From the IMG/VR virus record IMGVR_UViG_2690316286_000006: a stretch of DNA of 8,374 nt; one strand, 5' to 3'. Below are positions 4,523 to 8,374 of the stretch, piece by piece; within the stretch, counting starts at the first letter, position 1; every line of letters begins with the position of its first letter. The stretch is from a virus (Duplodnaviria > Heunggongvirae > Uroviricota > Caudoviricetes). The notes beneath the pieces were generated by a model that was given only the letters and a program-made list of their open reading frames with translations, was not told the origin of the DNA and did no database searches. A program made the position numbers and the translations under genes.

Positions 4523-5254
4523 ATGAAATCATCGACGCTTGAGAAAAACCAGAAGGTTTTCAGCCCCTTTAATAAAAATCTCGGGGGAGTGAAATTCGTA
4601 AAGACCATCAACAGAATAACTACCGCAATTTTCGCATGCCTTCTCATATGCCATGAAGGCATGGCTGAGTCTTCGCGCTTTCCTGGCGCTAAGCATTCTT
4701 TCGAGTTCAGCGATATCACGCGGGCTAATTTGCACTATGTTGAGAAGCCCTTTTCTGGCAAGGTTAATTTTTTGCATCAATTCGGCCGCGATAGGATCTG
4801 CGATTGCGTTGAATTCCTTGCGTCTGTCCCTGTTTACTGCCAGCCAATGACCGAAACAGATACCCAACCCAAAGGTAATCACGGTCCATATGAACGAAAT
4901 GAGAGCTGGATTCGTATTGAACAAGGTAACAAATTCACTCCAGATAGTATCCATGGTTCTCGCCGATTACTCCTGGTTCTGCTGGCTGGCGCTGTGATTG
5001 TATTTCCGTCAGGGGTTTACTTTGGTCTAAAGGCAGTATGCAGACGTGATTATGCCCGAAGACGTTATACAGGGAAAGCACCGGTTCTTGGTGTTCTTTC
5101 AGTCCTGGTAATCCCGAAGAAAGTGAAATGTCGCAGATGGCAGATCTGGGAGCAGCGTCAATGGTTCCGTGATATGAACCTTAGTCACGGTATTGATATT
5201 GCGTACCAGGATACCCGGAACTGGAAAAAACTGGTAGCGGAGCGCTGGTATTAA
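4523..5254 (+). CDS. ORF X, exact duplicate of 2650-3381
   Basis: Offset of +1873 relative to the first copy; the track shows identical translations. Confidence 0.4.
   Translation: MKSSTLEKNQKVFSPFNKNLGGVKFVKTINRITTAIFACLLICHEGMAESSRFPGAKHSFEFSDITRANLHYVEKPFSGKVNFLHQFGRDRICDCVEFLASVPVYCQPMTETDTQPKGNHGPYERNESWIRIEQGNKFTPDSIHGSRRLLLVLLAGAVIVFPSGVYFGLKAVCRRDYARRRYTGKAPVLGVLSVLVIPKKVKCRRWQIWEQRQWFRDMNLSHGIDIAYQDTRNWKKLVAERWY
4529..4954 (-). CDS. 141-aa membrane-anchored hypothetical protein, exact duplicate of 2656-3081
   Basis: Offset of +1873; identical translation in the track. Confidence 0.4.
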   Translation of the reverse strand: MDTIWSEFVTLFNTNPALISFIWTVITFGLGICFGHWLAVNRDRRKEFNAIADPIAAELMQKINLARKGLLNIVQISPRDIAELERMLSARKARRLSHAFMAYEKACENCGSYSVDGLYEFHSPEIFIKGAENLLVFLKRR

Positions 5255-5256
5255 TT

Positions 5257-5524
5257 ATGGCTACTTCATGGCTCAGATTATGGCATGACATGCCAAATGA
5301 TCCCAAGTGGCGAACAATTTCCAGGGTGTCAGGGCAGCCAATCGCAACGGTGATGGCGGTTTATGTTCACCTTCTGGTGAGTGCGTCACGAAATGTCACG
5401 ACATGTCACGACGTGTCACGACGTGGTCACATTGATGTCACGACAGAAGATTTGGCAAGTGCGCTCGACGTGACAGAAGAGTCAATTGATTCAATTTTGC
5501 GGGCAATGCAGGGGCGGGTACTTG
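5257..5524 (+). CDS. O-like replication initiator, 5' part (N-terminal domain plus iteron-encoding linker); interrupted by N-gap
   Basis: ATG 5257 two nt after the ORF X stop. N-terminus MATSWLRLWHDMPNDPKWRTI... conserved against the 3929 allele with synonymous differences. Contains iteron cluster 5385-5442. Initiator assignment rests on position upstream of the P-like gene and on the internal iterons, not on recognised homology to lambda O. Confidence 0.65.
5385..5442 (+). repeat. iteron cluster 1: 6 direct GTCAC(G/A) copies at 10-11 bp spacing (candidate ori element inside the initiator gene)
   Basis: GTCACG at 5385, 5395, 5405, 5415 and 5437, GTCACA at 5426. Helical-turn phasing. Encodes ...SRNVTTCHDVSRRGHIDVTT... 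in the initiator frame. Confidence 0.7.
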
Positions 5525-5597
5525 NNNNNNNNNNNNNNNNNNNNNNNNNNNNNNNNNNNNNNNNNNNNNNNNNNNNNNNNNNNNNNNNNNNNNNNNN
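5525..5597. other. assembly gap (73 N)
   Basis: Run of n. The last about 78 bp before the gap and the first about 80 bp after it are two variants of the same segment (EDLASALDVTEESIDSILRAMQGRVL versus EDLASALDVTEEVIDSILQTMQGRVL), so the join duplicates sequence. Confidence 0.95.
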
Positions 5598-6243
5598 AGA
5601 AGATTTGGCAAGTGCGCTCGACGTGACAGAAGAGGTAATTGATTCAATTTTGCAGACGATGCAGGGGCGGGTACTTGATGGAGATTTAATCACCGGATGG
5701 GAAAAACGCCAGGTGCTTAAAGAGGACAACGGCAATATTTCGCAAACCGCAAAATCTCCTGCAGAGCGCAAGAGGGCGCAGCGAGAGAGGGAAAGAAAGC
5801 GGGAACAAAATGGCGATTGTCACGGCGCGTCACGAAATGTCACGCACATGTCACGACGAGTCACGACAGATACAGATAAAGATACAGATAAAGAAGATCA
5901 AAACACTATGGTCCATGGCGTAAAAAACGCCACGAACCAGGCAGGGGATGTTCAGACCGTCAATCCTGGTCAGCCAGCAGGCTCGACACCGGAAGCCGAT
6001 TCAGCGTATGCGCTGAAAGCCGATTCGGGCGCTGTGCAGCAGGTGATGACCGCAAGGCCGGAGCAATCACTCCAACTGCAGCAGCCTGAAGCCGATTCCG
6101 CCATTCAGCGGGAAGCCGATCGGGTAGCCCCGGAAAACACCGGGCAGCCTGTGGGACGAGTGGATTATCCGGATGTGTTCGAACAGGTCTGGCGGGAATA
6201 CCCGTTGCGTGCCGGGGCAAACCCGAAGAAATCCGCATTCAGT
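5598..6243 (+). CDS. O-like replication initiator, middle part (linker with iteron cluster 2, low-complexity PEADSA repeats, start of a C-terminal domain ...DYPDVFEQVWREYPLRAGANPKKSAF); bounded by gaps
   Basis: Continuous open frame; 5' part nearly identical to 4096-4370 of the divergent allele. Motif W-x-x-YP-x-R-x-G is reminiscent of C-terminal domains of phage replication initiators (recollection, not checked). Confidence 0.55.
5819..5892 (+). repeat. iteron cluster 2 (5 GTCACG copies at 10-11 bp spacing) followed by a tandem 12-mer GATACAGATAAA x2
   Basis: GTCACG at 5819, 5829, 5839, 5850 and 5860; 12-mer at 5869-5880 and 5881-5892 (encodes DTDKDTDK). The same 12-mer-derived sequence restarts the scaffold after the big gap (6557-6577). 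Confidence 0.7.
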
Positions 6244-6556
6244 NNNNNNNNNNNNNNNNNNNNNNNNNNNNNNNNNNNNNNNNNNNNNNNNNNNNNNNNN
6301 NNNNNNNNNNNNNNNNNNNNNNNNNNNNNNNNNNNNNNNNNNNNNNNNNNNNNNNNNNNNNNNNNNNNNNNNNNNNNNNNNNNNNNNNNNNNNNNNNNNN
6401 NNNNNNNNNNNNNNNNNNNNNNNNNNNNNNNNNNNNNNNNNNNNNNNNNNNNNNNNNNNNNNNNNNNNNNNNNNNNNNNNNNNNNNNNNNNNNNNNNNNN
6501 NNNNNNNNNNNNNNNNNNNNNNNNNNNNNNNNNNNNNNNNNNNNNNNNNNNNNNNN
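6244..6556. other. assembly gap (313 N)
   Basis: Run of n. The flanks are in different reading frames and the right flank restarts at the GATAAAGATACAGATAAAGAA repeat already seen at 5872-5892, so continuity across the gap is unknown. Confidence 0.95.
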
Positions 6557-7138
6557 GATAAAGATACAGATAAAGAATTAAACCCCACACATAACGCGCG
6601 CGTGCGCGAGAGTGCTCCGACCAGCGAGTCGAACGGTACGCCGTTGCAGGTGGCGGAACCTGAATTTCCGGACGGCCTGAGTGAACCCATCGGGAAATTT
6701 CCGATGACCGATGGCTGGCATCCGTCGCCGGATTTTCGACGGCGGGCTGCATTGTGGGGAGTGGCTCTGCCGGAGCCGGAATTTACACCTGCTGAACTTG
6801 CCGCATTCCGGGATTACTGGATGGCGGAGGGCAAAGTGTTCACGCAGGTTCAGTGGGAGCAGAAATTCGCCCGTCACGTAAATCACGTCAGGGCACAGGT
6901 CAAACCAGTCAGCAAGGGGGGCAGCCATGCAGCAGCACCAGGTGGCACCGCATCACGGGCAGTTCAGGAAATTCGGGCAGCACGTGAGCAGTGGGAACGT
7001 GAAAACGGATTTATCAGCGACGGAAACGGCCTGGAAGCTGTGGGAACTCATGGGGGAGGTTTATTCGAACCGCTGGACCCGGAAGAACGGAGCCGCACCT
7101 TCGAAGCTCTGGATTGCACAGATTGGCGCGATGACTGA
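6557..7138 (+). CDS. O-like replication initiator, C-terminal part (or an alternative version of it); contains ...[36 protein letters not shown]... motif
   Basis: Open frame from the gap edge to TGA 7136-7138. Overlaps the P-like gene by 212 nt, so the last about 70 codons may be overlap rather than conserved initiator sequence. Confidence 0.5.
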   Translation, partial: DKDTDKELNPTHNARVRESAPTSESNGTPLQVAEPEFPDGLSEPIGKFPMTDGWHPSPDFRRRAALWGVALPEPEFTPAELAAFRDYWMAEGKVFTQVQWEQKFARHVNHVRAQVKPVSKGGSHAAAPGGTASRAVQEIRAAREQWERENGFISDGNGLEAVGTHGGGLFEPLDPEERSRTFEALDCTDWRDD

Positions 7139-7592
7139 GCAGCAAATCCGGCAGGTCTGCCGCCAGTGCATGGAGCGTTGTCGGGCGGGTGAAACATGGC
7201 CTCCGGACCTGGCTGAGTTTGTGGCGCTGATTTCGGAAAGCGGAGCCAATCCATTCGGTCTGACGGTGGATGCCGTGATGGAAGAGTACCGTCGCTGGCG
7301 CAATGAGTCCTGGCGATACGACGGGAGCGATAAATACCCGTGGCCCCAGCCCGTGCTGTATCACATCTGCCTCGAGATGCGTTCAAAAGGGATTGAGCGG
7401 CAGATGACCGAAGGGGAGTTAAAACGACTTGCAGAACGGCAACTGACGAAATGGGCAAAGCATGTTGGTAATGGCTTCAGTGTTCCGCCCATCCGGCGAC
7501 AACTGGCAGGACCAAAACGTCCTGCGGGACCAACGCCAATTGAGTTGCTGAAACAGGAGTATGAACGCCGGAAAGCGGCTGGTTTTGTTTGA
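6927..7592 (+). CDS. lambda P-like replication protein (DnaB helicase loader family), 221 aa
   Basis: ATG 6927 with AAGGGGGG SD 5 nt upstream. Residues about 36-200 parallel lambda P as I recall it ([11 protein letters not shown] versus PSPGQFVAWC; [21 protein letters not shown]...[17 protein letters not shown] versus YPDAESYPWKSNAHYWLVTNLY...ELRRKAADELVHMTARI). Alternative start ATG 7050. Confidence 0.75.
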   Translation: MQQHQVAPHHGQFRKFGQHVSSGNVKTDLSATETAWKLWELMGEVYSNRWTRKNGAAPSKLWIAQIGAMTEQQIRQVCRQCMERCRAGETWPPDLAEFVALISESGANPFGLTVDAVMEEYRRWRNESWRYDGSDKYPWPQPVLYHICLEMRSKGIERQMTEGELKRLAERQLTKWAKHVGNGFSVPPIRRQLAGPKRPAGPTPIELLKQEYERRKAAGFV

Positions 7593-7626
7593 GTTGAGAA
7601 GTGATTTTTACCGGGAGAAAAATTTT

Positions 7627-7839
7627 ATGGAGACCGTTTTTGACGCACTGAAAGCAATGGGAAAAGCCTCTTCACAGGAAGTTGCAGCACGCCTGGGCAT
7701 GACCCGGGATGAAGCAATCAACGAGCTGTGGAAACTGAAGCGTCGGGGTGAGGCAGACAACAAAGGCCCGATGTGGTGGCTGACATCCGGCGATGAGGAA
7801 AAACAGGCCGGGTATCGTGAAACCCCGTTGTGGATTTAA
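7627..7839 (+). CDS. small hypothetical phage protein, 70 aa (METVFDALKAMGKASSQEVAARLGMTRDEAINELWKLKRRGEADNKGPMWWLTSGDEEKQAGYRETPLWI)
   Basis: ATG 7627 with GGGAG 9 nt upstream, 35 nt after the P-like stop. The track ORF from 7561 overlaps the P-like 3' end and its first 22 residues look like read-through. Possible small winged-helix-like protein (guess). Confidence 0.55.
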   Translation: METVFDALKAMGKASSQEVAARLGMTRDEAINELWKLKRRGEADNKGPMWWLTSGDEEKQAGYRETPLWI

Positions 7840-8138
7840 TCCCACAGAGAGGGACTGAGAGTGAAAAAACAGCCAGACAGGAAGCGTCCGGAACAGAAAA
7901 CACGGGTCAGCATGCAGATGTGACAGAAGTTGTTCAGCCAATCCCTGCGTTTACTGAAAAACAGCAGGATTATGTGATTCTGCCATCACTGCATGCGGCA
8001 AACCGTGAGCTGCGCCGGGCAAAAGGTCAGGTCCAGAAGTGGGAGCGTATCTGCGCCGCGCTACGGGAGCTGAATAAACACCGGGACGTTGTCCGGCAGA
8101 TTGTCGACTCTTCCCGCCGTGTTGCATCGGAAAAGTGA
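7830..8138 (+). CDS. hypothetical phage protein, up to 102 aa; start uncertain (GTG 7830 or GTG 7920)
   Basis: Only long ORF in this interval; no in-frame ATG. N-terminal 30 residues are low-complexity. The C-terminal part ...LRRAKGQVQKWERICAALRELNKHRDVVRQIVDSSRR looks helical and protein-like. Overlaps the previous gene by 10 nt if the GTG at 7830 is used. Confidence 0.4.
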   Translation: MDLIPQRGTESEKTARQEASGTENTGQHADVTEVVQPIPAFTEKQQDYVILPSLHAANRELRRAKGQVQKWERICAALRELNKHRDVVRQIVDSSRRVASEK

Positions 8139-8153
8139 TTGCCGGAGGCGCTT

Positions 8154-8374
8154 ATGGCAAAAGTATTTACACAGGAAGAGCGGGAAAAATTAAAGGGGCG
8201 GGTTGTTGAACTTGTACGTCTTAGCGGTCGCGAGACGTTACGGCAACTGGAAGCGAAAACAGGTGCGACAAGATATCTGTTGAGCGTTCTCGCCAGAGAG
8301 CTGGTTGCCAGTGGTGATGTATACAACTCTGACTACGGGTTATTTCCCTCTGAACAGGCTCGTAAGGACTGGCA
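8154..8374 (+). CDS. hypothetical phage protein, 5' part (MAKVFTQEEREKLKGRVVELVRLSGRETLRQLEAKTGATRYLLSVLARELVASGDVYNSDYGLFPSEQARKDW...), runs off the window
   Basis: ATG 8154 with GGAGG SD 5 nt upstream, 15 nt after the previous stop; open to the end of the window. Not in the ORF track because no stop is reached. Confidence 0.5.
   Translation, partial: MAKVFTQEEREKLKGRVVELVRLSGRETLRQLEAKTGATRYLLSVLARELVASGDVYNSDYGLFPSEQARKDW

Noticed and set aside
2509-5402. The exact 1-kb duplicate as an IS element or genuine tandem duplication
   Set aside because: No transposase or terminal inverted repeats. Copies are separated by N-runs and by a divergent allele of the same genes, which points to assembly redundancy.
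5385-5865. GTCACG repeat arrays as a CRISPR array
   Set aside because: The unit is only about 10 bp with no spacer-sized unique inserts, and it lies inside a coding frame; this fits iterons, not CRISPR.
5257-6561. Single 434-aa initiator protein as drawn by the track
   Set aside because: The ORF reads through two N-runs; the 73-N join duplicates a variant segment and the 313-N join has unknown content. Reported as separate fragments instead.
5427-6928. Minus-strand and gap-spanning ORFs 5427-5771, 5438-5647, 5960-6238, 6067-6690, 6165-6752 and 6578-6928
   Set aside because: They are antisense to the initiator or exist only because N-runs contain no stops.
7561-7626. Upstream extension of the 70-aa gene to ATG 7561
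   Set aside because: It overlaps the last 32 nt of the P-like gene and lacks an SD; the ATG at 7627 has GGGAG at the right spacing.
7014-8326. Minus-strand ORFs 7014-7364, 7048-7458, 7061-7303, 7672-7941, 7718-7903 and 8027-8326
   Set aside because: Antisense to the P-like gene and downstream genes; Arg/Ser/Pro-rich shadow translations with no SD.
1-8374. tRNA, rRNA, integrase or attachment site
   Set aside because: No cloverleaf-like or rRNA-like sequence, no integrase-like ORF, and no obvious att core repeat were found; the window appears to lie internal to the prophage.

Overview
The window reads as the early immunity and replication region of a Rac-like lambdoid prophage in an enterobacterial (E. 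coli-like) genome, on a gapped and partly redundant scaffold with four N-runs. Left to right: three tightly packed small minus-strand genes (36, 42 and 51 aa); a higB-higA toxin-antitoxin pair; an HTH repressor on the minus strand facing a divergent ydaS (Cro-like)-ydaT operon; an O-like replication initiator with internal GTCACG iteron arrays (candidate ori); a lambda-P-like helicase-loader gene; and three small downstream genes. The main hunt result is a ~744-bp accessory cassette sitting exactly between the ydaT stop and the initiator start. It is present in one allele version and absent from a second, divergent version of the same junction that is also in the window. The cassette carries two fully overlapping antisense ORFs (243 aa on plus, 141 aa membrane-anchored on minus) that I cannot place in any family, and I cannot decide which strand codes. 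Block 2509-3529 is repeated exactly at 4382-5402, so part of the scaffold is assembly redundancy rather than biology. All family assignments are from reading the translations and recalled motifs; no database search was run. No rRNA, tRNA, CRISPR, integrase or transposase was seen.
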